The translations under genes and the position numbers were made by a program. From the IMG/VR virus record IMGVR_UViG_3300025875_000050, positions 1 to 45,741 of that record: a stretch of DNA of 45,741 nucleotides; one strand, written 5' to 3'. Each line of letters opens with the position of its first letter. Positions within the stretch are counted from its first letter, which is position 1. The notes below the pieces were generated by a model. It saw nothing but the letters and a program-made list of their open reading frames with translations, searched no databases and was not told the DNA's origin. This stretch comes from a virus (taxonomy: Duplodnaviria; Caudoviricetes). Of the stretch, positions 1 through 8,582 are shown in pieces.

Positions 1-15
1 CGCGGGGACCGGCGG
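1..15 (+). repeat. Terminal direct repeat, left copy (CGCGGGGACCGGCGG)
   Basis: 14/15 identical to the last 15 bases of the window. Confidence 0.75.
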
Positions 16-383
16 GTGGGCGGGTTCACCAGGACGGGCCTGGGGGCGGGGACGGCCTGCAGGACGGCGGTGGGGGGCTCGGTGGCGATCCGGCCGTCCG
101 GGGTGCGCGGGGACTCCTCGGACGTCATGGCGCGCAGGTCGGCGGCGCAGGCGCAGGGGCGCTTGCGCTCCTCCAGCAGCTCGGCGGCTGCGAACAGGGC
201 GGTGTCCCGCTCCTGGACGGCGTCGGGGCCGGGGAGCGCGGCGGCGTCCAGGACGGCCTGGACCAGGGCGACGTGCTCGGCGCGGACCTCGAGCATGGAC
301 GGGGAGTCCTCGGCCCAGAAGTGCGGGACGGTGGCGTGGCCGATCCGCTCGGCGTCGGTGGCGAAGGTGCGGGCGGGGGCCAT
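1..383 (-). CDS. Hypothetical protein MAPARTFATDAERIGH..., open at the left edge; ends at TGA 45705-45707 if the ends are joined
   Basis: ATG overlaps the stop of 383..700; GC-rich third positions; no stop before the edge. Confidence 0.7.
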   Translation of the reverse strand, partial: MAPARTFATDAERIGHATVPHFWAEDSPSMLEVRAEHVALVQAVLDAAALPGPDAVQERDTALFAAAELLEERKRPCACAADLRAMTSEESPRTPDGRIATEPPTAVLQAVPAPRPVLVNPPTRRSP

Positions 384-700
384 CAGGGCTCCAGGGTCGG
401 GAAGGGCAGGGGGGCGGTCTCCAGCTGGTGCACGACGGGGACCTTCACGGAGCCCTCGCCGTCAGGGCGGCGGATCCGGCGGCCCTGCTCGTCCATCACG
501 AACGCGGTGAAGCGGACCTGGCGGGCCTGCTCGTCGCGCTCGACGGAGCGGCACACGACGTGGTCGGGGTCGATCCCGTGGGCGCGGCACCAGTCGGCCC
601 AGGCGCGGACGTCGTCGGCGCTGGTCGGGTAGGCGTCGGTGAAGTCGGCGCGCTGGACGCCGTCCGCGACGTCGACCACGGACCAGGCGATCGCGGTCAC
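383..700 (-). CDS. Hypothetical protein (105 aa)
   Basis: Coupled start/stop on both sides, protein-like composition. Confidence 0.75.
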   Translation of the reverse strand: MTAIAWSVVDVADGVQRADFTDAYPTSADDVRAWADWCRAHGIDPDHVVCRSVERDEQARQVRFTAFVMDEQGRRIRRPDGEGSVKVPVVHQLETAPLPFPTLEP

Positions 701-1002
701 CGGGTGCTCGGCGGGGTGCTGGTGGCGCGGGCGGTCAGGGACATCAGCTCGGCGTCAGCCTCGGCGTCGGCCTCGGTGTAGCGGCGGCCGCGGCTGTCCA
801 GGACGACCTCGGCGTCCAGGTCGACGTCGGGGCCCAGGTGCGCGGTGACGAGCTGCCCGCGGGGGCCGGGGACGGTGAAGGGCTGGGCGAGCAGCGCGGC
901 GGTGCGCTCGGCCTGGGCGGCCCGGTGGTCGCGGTCGCGGCGGGCGGCCGCGCGGGCCTCCTTGGACACGTTGGGGCGGGCGGTGCGGCGGGGCTTGCTC
1001 AC
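697..1002 (-). CDS. Hypothetical protein MSKPRRTARPNVSKEA...
   Basis: GTGA overlap at 999-1002; C-terminal part of ORF 697..1317. Confidence 0.7.
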   Translation of the reverse strand: MSKPRRTARPNVSKEARAAARRDRDHRAAQAERTAALLAQPFTVPGPRGQLVTAHLGPDVDLDAEVVLDSRGRRYTEADAEADAELMSLTARATSTPPSTR

Positions 1003-1211
1003 GTCGTGCTCCGGTCGGTCAGGGGGTGGGTGTGGTGGGGGTCGCCCCAGATGCAGAAGGGGCACTCCGAGGGGCGGGGGCGGACCTGGTCGCGGACGGC
1101 GCTGGCGAGCGCGAGGAGGCCGGCGAGGGCGGTGGCGATCGCCAGGAGTGCGCCGGCGGCGAGCGCGAGGAGTCCCACGAGCGCGATCGCCGCGGTGCTC
1201 GCACCGTTCAC
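999..1211 (-). CDS. Small membrane protein with CPFC motif
   Basis: GTGA overlap at 1208-1211; hydrophobic run AIALVGLLALAAGALLAIATALAGLLALA. Confidence 0.65.
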   Translation of the reverse strand: MNGASTAAIALVGLLALAAGALLAIATALAGLLALASAVRDQVRPRPSECPFCIWGDPHHTHPLTDRSTT

Positions 1212-1384
1212 GACCCGGGCCGGGGCGGTCGCGGGGCGGGCAGGCGCAGCACCGGAAGGGCGGCGGGGGCGTGGGCCGGGGTGTTCTTGCGGGCGCCGAA
1301 GCAGTCGCAGGGCCCACCGGTGTGCACCAGGGGGCGGCCCGGGTTGGCGGCGCACGGGACGGTCGCCGCGGTGGTGGCGGTCAT
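1208..1384 (-). CDS. Hypothetical protein, 58 aa (MTATTAATVPCAANPG...)
   Basis: Manually translated; fills the gap with ATGA and GTGA overlaps. Confidence 0.6.
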   Translation of the reverse strand: MTATTAATVPCAANPGRPLVHTGGPCDCFGARKNTPAHAPAALPVLRLPAPRPPRPGS

Positions 1385-1641
1385 CGCCCCAGGCCCAGGG
1401 CGCGGCGGGCCTGGCGGGTGGAGCGGGCCAGGGCGCGGACCTCCAGCAGCCGGTAGGTGCGGTGGCCGCGGGCGTCGCGGACCACGGGCAGCTCGCCGGC
1501 GTCGGCGCGCTGGCGCAGCCGGTCGGTGGACAGGCCGGTCAGCTCCGCGGCGCGGGCGGGGGTGCAGTACTCGGTGTCGTCGCCGGTGACCACGCGCAGG
1601 TCGGGGGCGAGCGGGTCGCGGGGGCGAGGGCGGCCGGTCAC
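1381..1641 (-). CDS. BldC/MerR-type winged-helix DNA-binding protein
   Basis: TPARAAELTGLSTDRLRQRADAGELPVVRDARGHRTYRLLEVRAL fits the MerR/Xis/BldC pattern. Confidence 0.8.
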   Translation of the reverse strand: MTGRPRPRDPLAPDLRVVTGDDTEYCTPARAAELTGLSTDRLRQRADAGELPVVRDARGHRTYRLLEVRALARSTRQARRALGLGR

Positions 1642-2069
1642 CGGATGCTCCGTGCGGTCAGGGCGGCCGCGGCCCACCCGCAGGCCTCGTCGTCGGCCAG
1701 GTCGGCCCAGGCGACCACCGCGGTGGGGCGGCCGGTGGCGGCGAGGTGGTAGGCGCGGCGCAGGGTCAGGGCCAGGGCGCGGACGTCGTCGGGCACGCCG
1801 GCGTCGAAGCGGACCCGGGCGCGGGCGGACTGCTCCGCGACCAGGGCGTGCTGGCGGCGGTCGACGGCGACGCCCAGGCGGGCCAGGGCGGTCATGGACT
1901 CCGGGGTCGCGGGGCGCCCGTCGCGGCCGGCCTCGATCTGGGCCTGGTAGACGTCGGTCCACCAGGCGGCCAGCTCCTCGGCCTCGGCGGTCAGGGCGGC
2001 GTCGGTCATGCCGTGCACGGGGGGCCGGTCGGCGGGGGCGCTGAAGGCGATGGGCTGCTGGGTGGTCAT
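1638..2069 (-). CDS. Hypothetical protein MTTQQPIAFSAP...
   Basis: ATGA overlap, GGAGG RBS. Confidence 0.75.
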   Translation of the reverse strand: MTTQQPIAFSAPADRPPVHGMTDAALTAEAEELAAWWTDVYQAQIEAGRDGRPATPESMTALARLGVAVDRRQHALVAEQSARARVRFDAGVPDDVRALALTLRRAYHLAATGRPTAVVAWADLADDEACGWAAAALTARSIR

Positions 2070-2623
2070 CGGGGGGTCCCTCCGAGGGCGGCCGCCGCTC
2101 GGGCGGGCAGGTCGTGGACGGTGGCGCGCACGAGCGGGTCGCGGGCGTCCCACCAGGTCTTCACCAGCACCTCGTGGCGGGCGCACAGGCGGCGGGGCGG
2201 GCAGAAGTCGCAGGCGTCGCCGGATCCGGCGAGCAGGGGCAGGTGCTCGTCGGCGGCCGCGCGCAGCTGGGCGAGCACGGGCGGCAGGGTGGCGGCCAGG
2301 GCCCGGCGGTAGCGCTGGGCGAGGACCGCGACGCCGTCGGGGCCGGCCGGGCGCCCGGGTGGGAGCGGGGGCCAGACCTGGGCGTGCAGCGCGGCCAGCA
2401 GCTGGGGGTCGTCCAGGGCGCCGTCCAACCACCGCTCGGCCAGCACCGCGGCGCGCTCCTCGACCGGGGTCAGGGGGCGGGGGAACGCCGGCGGGCGGCG
2501 CTGCGCCGGCGGGCCGACCGCGGGGACCGGTAGGCGCGGGGTGGGGACACCGGCGGGCAGGACGGTGGCCACGGGCTCGGTGCGGACGCGGTCGGCGGCG
2601 CGCGAGCGCACGGAGCGCGTCAC
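2066..2623 (-). CDS. Hypothetical protein with CDFC...C..H motif
   Basis: GTGA overlap; C-terminal part of ORF 2066..2974. Confidence 0.7.
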   Translation of the reverse strand: MTRSVRSRAADRVRTEPVATVLPAGVPTPRLPVPAVGPPAQRRPPAFPRPLTPVEERAAVLAERWLDGALDDPQLLAALHAQVWPPLPPGRPAGPDGVAVLAQRYRRALAATLPPVLAQLRAAADEHLPLLAGSGDACDFCPPRRLCARHEVLVKTWWDARDPLVRATVHDLPARAAAALGGTPR

Positions 2624-3024
2624 GACCGGCCCCCGCAGGAGACCAGCGCGGTGCACTCGCAGCCGGTGGGCCGGCACCGGTAGTGGTCGCCGTCGGCGCA
2701 GGGCTCGCAGACGGTGGTGTCGCCGTCCACGATCGTCACCGCGTGCATGGATCCGGTGACCTGCAGGTAGTGGTGCACGCCCTGCACGGGCCGGGCGATG
2801 GTCGTGGTGGCGCGCACCGGCGCCGGGTCGGGGTCCGGGGTGGCCTCGGTGGGGGCCTGGGCGGTGCACGTCGGGCAGAAGACCCCGCCGTCGGTCAGGG
2901 TCCACCCGGCCAGGGCCAGGCGGACTCGGGCGACGGCCGCGGCGCGGGCCTCCACGTTCGCGCGCTGGGTGCACGGGACGCCGTCGACCAGGCCGGCGCA
3001 GGCGAAGGACGTCAGGGGACTCAC
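2620..3024 (-). CDS. Cys-rich hypothetical protein, putative Zn-binding
   Basis: GTGA overlap; FCPTC, CEPC..H..C...CEC. Confidence 0.7.
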   Translation of the reverse strand: MSPLTSFACAGLVDGVPCTQRANVEARAAAVARVRLALAGWTLTDGGVFCPTCTAQAPTEATPDPDPAPVRATTTIARPVQGVHHYLQVTGSMHAVTIVDGDTTVCEPCADGDHYRCRPTGCECTALVSCGGRS

Positions 3025-3167
3025 AGGGCCCACCAGCCCAGGCCGTCCCCGACGAGCGCGAGGACGGCGCTGGTGATGCCCAGGGCGGCGACGTCGGACA
3101 GCGAGGGCAGCAGGGGCCGGCCCCACCGCGGGCCGCCGCTGCGGCGGCGACGTCGGGCGGCGCTCAC
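3021..3167 (-). CDS. Small membrane protein (48 aa)
   Basis: GTGA overlaps; basic N-terminus then hydrophobic helix. Confidence 0.55.
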   Translation of the reverse strand: MSAARRRRRSGGPRWGRPLLPSLSDVAALGITSAVLALVGDGLGWWAL

Positions 3168-3784
3168 CGGGACACCGCCTGGACCAGCACGCCCAGGCGG
3201 TCGCGGCAGGCGTCGTCGTTGACCGGGGACCCGAAGCCGTGCGGCAGGGCCAGGGCGGTGCAGCACGCGGGGCACCGGCCGGCGCGGGTGCGCTGCCAGG
3301 GGCCGGGGAAGGACAGGGCCGGGGTGAGCTGCCCGCACCGGGTCAGGAGCATCCCGCCGGCGGGGGCCTGGACCTGCTCGTCCTCGGCCAGGGCGGTCAG
3401 CTCCACCAGGGTCGGGTCGGCGTGGTGGAGCAGGTCGTCCAGGCCGGGCGCGGCCAGCCACTCCACCTCCAGGCGCACCCGGGCGGGCAGGCCGTCCGCG
3501 ACCTCCCGGCGCGGCGCCGGCGGAGTGTGACGGGATCCGGGGGCGTCGGCACCTAGGACGGGGGGCGCGGGGGTGCGGGGGGTGGGCAGGAACAGGGCGC
3601 CCAGGCCCTTCCCGGGCTGCAGGGCGGGCCGCTGGTCGGCCGCGAGGAAGGACAGGGCCTGCATCCCGCGGCGCTCGCGCAGCGGCAGGCGCGCGGTCGC
3701 GCGGCGGGCCTCGGAGGGGGTGACCTCCTCGGCGTCGACCAGGGCGCCGGCGTCGGCGTCCGCGCTCGTGTCGGGGGTGGTCAT
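3164..3784 (-). CDS. Hypothetical protein with C-terminal Zn-finger-like motif
   Basis: ATGA overlap, GGAGG RBS; H...TRCG...CPACC. Confidence 0.75.
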   Translation of the reverse strand: MTTPDTSADADAGALVDAEEVTPSEARRATARLPLRERRGMQALSFLAADQRPALQPGKGLGALFLPTPRTPAPPVLGADAPGSRHTPPAPRREVADGLPARVRLEVEWLAAPGLDDLLHHADPTLVELTALAEDEQVQAPAGGMLLTRCGQLTPALSFPGPWQRTRAGRCPACCTALALPHGFGSPVNDDACRDRLGVLVQAVSR

Positions 3785-4044
3785 CGGGGGGTGCCTCCGT
3801 TGCGGCGGGCCGCGGCCGCGGCGAGCGGGTAGGCGTGCGGGCGCAGGGTGGCGTGCAGGACGCCGGGGTCGACCGGGCACGCGCGCCCGACGGCGTAGCG
3901 CTCGGCCAGCACGGGGCCGGCGTCGGGGTCGGTGACCAGGTCGGGGGAGACGTGCACGCGGGGGTCCGCGCGCAGCCACCGGGGGGCGCCGCCGGGCCTG
4001 ATGGCCACGGCGGCGTCCCCGTCGAAGGGGCAGCGGCGGAACAT
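3781..4044 (-). CDS. Hypothetical protein MFRRCPFDG...
   Basis: TGATG overlap at 4044. Confidence 0.65.
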   Translation of the reverse strand: MFRRCPFDGDAAVAIRPGGAPRWLRADPRVHVSPDLVTDPDAGPVLAERYAVGRACPVDPGVLHATLRPHAYPLAAAAARRNGGTPR

Positions 4045-4466
4045 CAGACCGGCACGCCCTGCTCGGCCAGGCCCAGCGCCCAGGCGTGGCGGTCCCACGC
4101 GGCCTGCTCGGCGGTGATGTCGCCGGCCGCCCGGGCGGCGAGCGCGTCGCGGGCGGCCTCGCGGGCTGCCCAGGCCAGGGCGCGGGCGCTCGCCTGGCGG
4201 GAGACCAGGTCGACGGTGACGCGGACGGCGTCCCAGACCACCGGGGACCCGGTGGAGACCCGGGCGTCGGAGGGCAGGGCGTTGTGCGCGGCGATGACCC
4301 GGCGGACCGCGGTGGCCAGCTCGAGCGCGAACGGGGACCGGGCCCGCGGCGGCGCGGGCGACGCCGTGGGGGTGGCCAGGCCGGGCACCGCGGTGACGCC
4401 CAGCGCGGTGCCGGTCTCCACCAGGGTGAAGACCACGCCCGCCGGCGGGCGCAGGACGGCGGTCAC
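4044..4466 (-). CDS. Hypothetical protein (140 aa)
   Basis: Coupled ORF. Confidence 0.7.
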   Translation of the reverse strand: MTAVLRPPAGVVFTLVETGTALGVTAVPGLATPTASPAPPRARSPFALELATAVRRVIAAHNALPSDARVSTGSPVVWDAVRVTVDLVSRQASARALAWAAREAARDALAARAAGDITAEQAAWDRHAWALGLAEQGVPV

Positions 4467-4561
4467 CGGGTCACCGACAGGGCCGCCACGGCCACGACCA
4501 CCGCGGCCGCCACGGCCATCACGAGCGCGGCCACGTCCAGCAGCGCCAGGCCGCCGGTCAC
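4463..4561 (-). CDS. Very small membrane peptide (32 aa)
   Basis: GTGA overlaps on both sides; almost entirely hydrophobic. Confidence 0.5.
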   Translation of the reverse strand: MTGGLALLDVAALVMAVAAAVVVAVAALSVTR

Positions 4562-5319
4562 TCGGTCACCTGCAGGTGCAGCAGCACGGCGTCGTCCTGG
4601 ACCTCGACCCGACAGATCCCGCGGTGCCCGGAGTACTCGCCCCAGTTGTCGACCCACACCGGGGTCTCGCGGGACATCGTGAAGTCCCCGCCCTTGTAGC
4701 CGGTGAACTCCCGCCCGACCGCGCGCTGCAGCACCCCCAGCAGGGCGCGGCAGGTGATCTCCGTGTCCGGCTCGTGGTCCAGCGCCAGGTCGGCGTAGCT
4801 GCCCCGCCACGACGCGATCTCGCTGGGGGCCTGCCCCTCCAGCCCGGCGCCGGCGTAGCGCACCAGCGCGGCCGGGTCCTGCTGCTCGAGCACGTCGACC
4901 AGCTGGCCCAGGGTCATGGTCTGCTCGGCGGCCGCGTGCAGGTGGATGGCGTCGACCTGGGCGTGGACGGCGGCCAGCCACCGCGGCTCCGGCTGGGCCA
5001 GGCCGTCGGCCACCAGCTGCTCGTGCTGCGCGCGCCGCTGCGCCTGCCGCTCGGCCGCGCCGTCGGGCTGCGCGGCCATCGCCAGGGCCAGGACGTCCAC
5101 CAGGGCGTCGGGGGCGATGAACTTCCCCGCCCGGTGCGCGGAGGCGGCCAGGTCGGCCAGCAGGTCCAGGGTGTCCACCACGGTGACGACGTCCACCGCC
5201 TGGGGCATCGCGGACAGGGAGCCGTAGCTGCTCGCGCGCACCGCGGAGTCCCGCAGGCGCGCGGCCACGGACCCGTCCTGGGCGTTCGTGACCGGCCGCG
5301 CCGGTCCGACCGGGCTCAC
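4558..5319 (-). CDS. Conserved phage hypothetical protein
   Basis: C-terminal domain MTLGQL...SWRGSY...FTGYKGGDFTM...TPVWV, recalled from uncharacterised phage proteins. Confidence 0.75.
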   Translation of the reverse strand: MSPVGPARPVTNAQDGSVAARLRDSAVRASSYGSLSAMPQAVDVVTVVDTLDLLADLAASAHRAGKFIAPDALVDVLALAMAAQPDGAAERQAQRRAQHEQLVADGLAQPEPRWLAAVHAQVDAIHLHAAAEQTMTLGQLVDVLEQQDPAALVRYAGAGLEGQAPSEIASWRGSYADLALDHEPDTEITCRALLGVLQRAVGREFTGYKGGDFTMSRETPVWVDNWGEYSGHRGICRVEVQDDAVLLHLQVTE

Positions 5320-5537
5320 CGGGCACCGCCGTGCACGAGCGCGTGGTGGGCGTCGCTCTCCCGCAGGCACCCGGGGTAGGCGCCGGGGGCGTCCTCCACG
5401 ACGCACAGGTCGACGGGCAGGTGCTCGAGCAGCACGACGTCGTCGGGGCCGGCGGTCGCCGCGGTGACGCCGGCGGCGATGTCGACGTACAGCGGCGGGG
5501 TCTCAGCCGTGGGCGGGCGGAAGATCGTGGTGTCCAT
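5316..5537 (-). CDS. Hypothetical protein MDTTIFRPP...
   Basis: AGGAGG RBS ahead of ATG 5537. Confidence 0.7.
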   Translation of the reverse strand: MDTTIFRPPTAETPPLYVDIAAGVTAATAGPDDVVLLEHLPVDLCVVEDAPGAYPGCLRESDAHHALVHGGAR

Positions 5538-5645
5538 GGGGGGATGCCTCCTGCGTGCGGTCAGGTGTTCGGATCGTGACACGGGGGGGTGACAGTGCGT
5601 GGGCGAACGGCCACGCCGGGGGCCCGCGCGAGCGCTGGACGGGCA

Positions 5646-6200
5646 TCAGAACGCCGGGACGGCGTCGGGGTGGCAGGCGGGGCACCGCTCGTAGGCGCCC
5701 GGCACGGCCGGGCTCTCCCGCCAGCGGTAGTCCGGTGCCTCGCAGGCACCACACCACGACGGGACGTCGTCGTGCGCTTCTTCTTCTTCCGTCCGCGCGC
5801 GTGTAGCAGCCGCGTCAAGACGTGCAGGTCTGCACCCCTTCTGCTGGTCGGAGGGGTGCAGACCTGCACCCCTTCCTGCACCCCTTCCGGGCCGGTTGTC
5901 CACAGGCACCGCGCCGGCGTGCCGGGCGTCGCGGGCGCGCTGCAGCGGCGTCCACAGCGTGGCCTCTCCGCGGTGTCGGGCTGGCTCCCAGGACAGCCAC
6001 CCGGCCTTCACCAGGGCGGCGCGGCGGCGCTTGATCGTGTCGGCGCTGCAGTGCGAGGTGGAGGCGAGCTGGGAGACCGTCGCGCGCACGCCGGTGTGCT
6101 CGCGGCACAGGTCGTCCAGCAGGGCCCACAGGTCGCGCGGGCCGGCGGGTAGCCCGGAGTACTGCAGGGCCGACGGCACGCGGATGTGCGGCCGGGTCAC
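5646..6200 (-). CDS. Replication initiator-like protein: N-terminal wHTH, C-terminal Zn motif
   Basis: ATVSQLASTSHCSADTIKRRRAALVKAGWL wHTH; internal iterons; WCGAC...RCPACHP. Confidence 0.75.
   Translation of the reverse strand: MTRPHIRVPSALQYSGLPAGPRDLWALLDDLCREHTGVRATVSQLASTSHCSADTIKRRRAALVKAGWLSWEPARHRGEATLWTPLQRARDARHAGAVPVDNRPGRGAGRGAGLHPSDQQKGCRPARLDAAATRARTEEEEAHDDVPSWCGACEAPDYRWRESPAVPGAYERCPACHPDAVPAF
5822..5904. repeat. Putative replication origin: iterons plus DnaA box
   Basis: CTGCACCCCTTC x3 (5830, 5864, 5876); 18-bp perfect inverted repeat 5822-5839/5852-5869; TTGTCCACA at 5896-5904. Confidence 0.7.
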
Positions 6201-6505
6201 CAGGGCACCGGCCAGGTGGTCGACAGGGCGCTGGACAGGTTCTGCCGGTGCTCGCGGTGCAGCCACCCGTCGCTCGTGAGCCGGTCCAGGTGGGCGTTGA
6301 TCGAGCGGGTGGAGGTGCCCAGGGTGCCCGCCATGCTCGTGCGGGTCAGGGCGGTGGTCGGCGTGTAGTCGGCGCCGGCGGTGGCGCGGACCAGGAGCCA
6401 CAGGCGGATGGCGTCCAGCGGGAGGCCGGAGGCCAGCAGCTCCAGCGGCACGGAGGCCTCGGGGCGCTGCGGGTCGGGTACAGCGGGGGAAGTCGCTGCG
6501 TCCAT
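6197..6505 (-). CDS. wHTH protein resembling replication-initiator N-terminal domains
   Basis: VPLELLASGLPLDAIRLW...TRTSMAGTLGTSTRSINAHLDRLTSDGWL. Confidence 0.75.
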   Translation of the reverse strand: MDAATSPAVPDPQRPEASVPLELLASGLPLDAIRLWLLVRATAGADYTPTTALTRTSMAGTLGTSTRSINAHLDRLTSDGWLHREHRQNLSSALSTTWPVPW

Positions 6506-6756
6506 CGGGTGACGTCCTCTCGCAGGGAGAGCGGGACGTCGGGGCCGACCGCTACCGTGGGTCGAGCACGTCGCCCCCCTCTCCGGTCAGGGATCAGGGG
6601 TGGCAGCTGGCCTCGGGACGGACATCCCGGGGCCAGCGGTGTCTGGGGGGTGAGGCTACTTCCGTCGGTGGAACTACAGCGACGGGTCGTCGCTGGCGGT
6701 TACCGTCTGCGGCAGGCCCCTGGCCCGTGCGTGCGGCACGGGCCAGGGCCCCACCA
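6506..6756 (-). promoter_or_regulatory. Structured intergenic leader of the replication genes
   Basis: Hairpins 6718-6748, 6677-6695, 6606-6637, 6511-6540; candidate -10 TAGCCT at 6653-6658. Confidence 0.55.
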
Positions 6757-7104
6757 TCAGCCCCGCGTCGTCCAGGGCGTGAGCGTCCAGCCGGCCGCCC
6801 GCAGCTGCTCGGCACGGGCGCCGGTCAGCGCACCGGATCCGGCCTGGACGCCGTCGCGGGTGATCCGCCAGTACTGCACCGGCCCGACGTCGACCGGCTC
6901 CTGCTCGAGCGCGACCATCGCGGCCACGAACGCCGACGTCGGCAGCCCGCACCGGGCGTGCACCCACCAGCCCGGGCGCGGACTGGTGAAGCCGAAGGCC
7001 TCCCCGCCGGCCCCGATGCACGAGCACGTCGTGGCCACCGCGGCCACCGCGGCGACGCGCGCGGCGGTCTCGGTCTCCTCGATCAGGTCCAGCAGGTCGG
7101 TCAC
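6757..7104 (-). CDS. Hypothetical protein MTDLLDLIEE...
   Basis: GTGA overlap; CSC...HARC. Confidence 0.7.
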   Translation of the reverse strand: MTDLLDLIEETETAARVAAVAAVATTCSCIGAGGEAFGFTSPRPGWWVHARCGLPTSAFVAAMVALEQEPVDVGPVQYWRITRDGVQAGSGALTGARAEQLRAAGWTLTPWTTRG

Positions 7105-7478
7105 CACAGGCCCCCCGTCGGGCGCGGCCTGGGCCGCTGCGGGCGCTGGCGTGCGCGCTCGCGCGCCAGGTACAGCGGCACCGCGCCGTCCGCGCGAGCC
7201 GGGATCGGGCCGGCGGCCGGCTTCCCGCAGGTGGCGACGTGCGGCAGGTGCAGCCGCTCGGTGCCCTCGAGCACGGGGCGCTCGCTGTTCAGGACCCGCG
7301 AGCGGGCCCGCCGGGTGTGGTCCAGGCGGACCGCGACGTTCCCGGAGGGGTCCGGCGTGAGGTTCACCAGCATGCTCTTGCCGCGCTCGGTGGTGGTCCA
7401 CACCACCCGGGCCCGGCAGCGGCCGCAGTCCACGGCCTCGTGCTCCAGGATCGGGTGCGCGCCGCTCTCGGTGCTCAC
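7101..7478 (-). CDS. Conserved phage Zn-binding hypothetical protein
   Basis: CGRCRARVVW...GKSM.V...P...GNV...HVATC pattern. Confidence 0.75.
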   Translation of the reverse strand: MSTESGAHPILEHEAVDCGRCRARVVWTTTERGKSMLVNLTPDPSGNVAVRLDHTRRARSRVLNSERPVLEGTERLHLPHVATCGKPAAGPIPARADGAVPLYLARERARQRPQRPRPRPTGGLW

Positions 7479-7906
7479 GAGCGCCCTGCCTTCCGCCGTC
7501 GGTAGTTCCGGGCGTTGCGGATCCGACCGCACTGGCGGCACTCCCGCCGCCCTCCTGCCTTGCGGATGGTGTTCTCCTCGCTGTAGGCGTGCCCGTGGGG
7601 GCACGACGTCCGGGCGCGCTGCTCACGGGAGCGCCGCGAGCGCGCGGTGTTCACCGACTGCGGGACGGGCTCCAGGTGGGCGACCTCCACGCAGTCCCGC
7701 CAGACGCAGCCGCGGTCCAGGACGTGGTCGATCGTCAGGCCCTCGGGGATCGGGCCGTGCTCGCGCTCCCAGGCCATGCGGTGCGCGTACCGCTTGCCGA
7801 GGCGGCCGTAGCCGCGCGTGTGGTGCGGCCCCTGCCAGCGCAGACACCCGCTGGCCTCGTCGCGGACCGGCGGCGGGTAGTCCTCCCACTCCATGCGCCG
7901 GCTCAC
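7475..7906 (-). CDS. HNH endonuclease with C-terminal Zn domain
   Basis: CLRWQG...GYG...AHRMAW...GPIPEGLTIDH...C...HLEPV...N; CPHGH...CRQC. Confidence 0.9.
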   Translation of the reverse strand: MSRRMEWEDYPPPVRDEASGCLRWQGPHHTRGYGRLGKRYAHRMAWEREHGPIPEGLTIDHVLDRGCVWRDCVEVAHLEPVPQSVNTARSRRSREQRARTSCPHGHAYSEENTIRKAGGRRECRQCGRIRNARNYRRRKAGRS

Positions 7907-8322
7907 CGCGCGCTCCGGGGTCGGCGCGGGCCCGTCTCCCCCGCGTCGTCGCGGGCCTCACCCGGTGGCATCAGCGCGAACTCCTCGGGGGTCACCGGCA
8001 CCCGCAGGTGCCCCACACGCGCGGTCGGGTTCCACACCCACCACTCGGCGTCGCCGCCGACGCCGCGCAGGGAGCGCAGCGCCTCGGCCTCCGCGAGAGC
8101 TGGGGCGTCGAGCAGCTGGGAGCGCCTGGACCAGACGCTGACGGATGTGTGCCACACGGGCAGCCCGTCGTTGATGCGGCTTCAACGGTCTACCGCCAGC
8201 ACCGTCATCAGGTGCACGCCCGTGCGGTGCTCGCGCACCGCGCGGTAGGGCCGCACGTCGCCCGTCGCCTCGTTCAGCGGGTGCGCCAGCGCGAAGGTCT
8301 GTCGGGTCGTGGCGGTGCTCAC
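7903..8322 (-). pseudogene. Hypothetical gene interrupted by an in-frame TGA at 8182-8184
   Basis: GTG 8322 with GGAG RBS reads MSTATTRQ...VLAVDR*SRINDGLPVWHTS... in frame with ORF 7903..8157. Confidence 0.65.
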
Positions 8323-8582
8323 GGGATCTCCTCGGGGGGAAGGGGTGGTGCGGGGGGCTGGGCCAGGAGCTGGTCGACCTGGGCCCAGGTCTCGTCGCTG
8401 GAGCGGCGCACGCCGGCGGCGCGCTCGACCGCGCGCCGGTGCGCTTCCTGGTCGGCGTCACCGAACAGGTCGCCGCGGGTCCAGACGTGCTCGGCGTCGC
8501 GGAGGTAGGCCACCAGGGCGATCGCCTTCTGGGCGCGCTGCTCGCGGGCGTAGGCGTTGTGCGCGTAGTCGCCCTGGGTCAC
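8319..8582 (-). CDS. Hypothetical protein MTQGDYAHNAY...
   Basis: GTGA overlaps; AAGVRRSSDETWAQV motif. Confidence 0.75.
   Translation of the reverse strand: MTQGDYAHNAYAREQRAQKAIALVAYLRDAEHVWTRGDLFGDADQEAHRRAVERAAGVRRSSDETWAQVDQLLAQPPAPPLPPEEIP

Noticed and set aside
1-15. Terminal repeat as attL/attR
   Set aside because: It lies inside a coding sequence in a coupled operon, with no integrase or tRNA nearby; circular overlap is simpler, though att cannot be excluded without flanks
6506-6756. tRNA gene in structured intergenic gaps (also 34963-35139)
   Set aside because: No cloverleaf, T-loop GTTCGA or CCA end found
8182-8184. Selenocysteine or genome-wide TGA recoding
   Set aside because: TGA is the usual stop throughout the genome; no redox motif or evident SECIS hairpin
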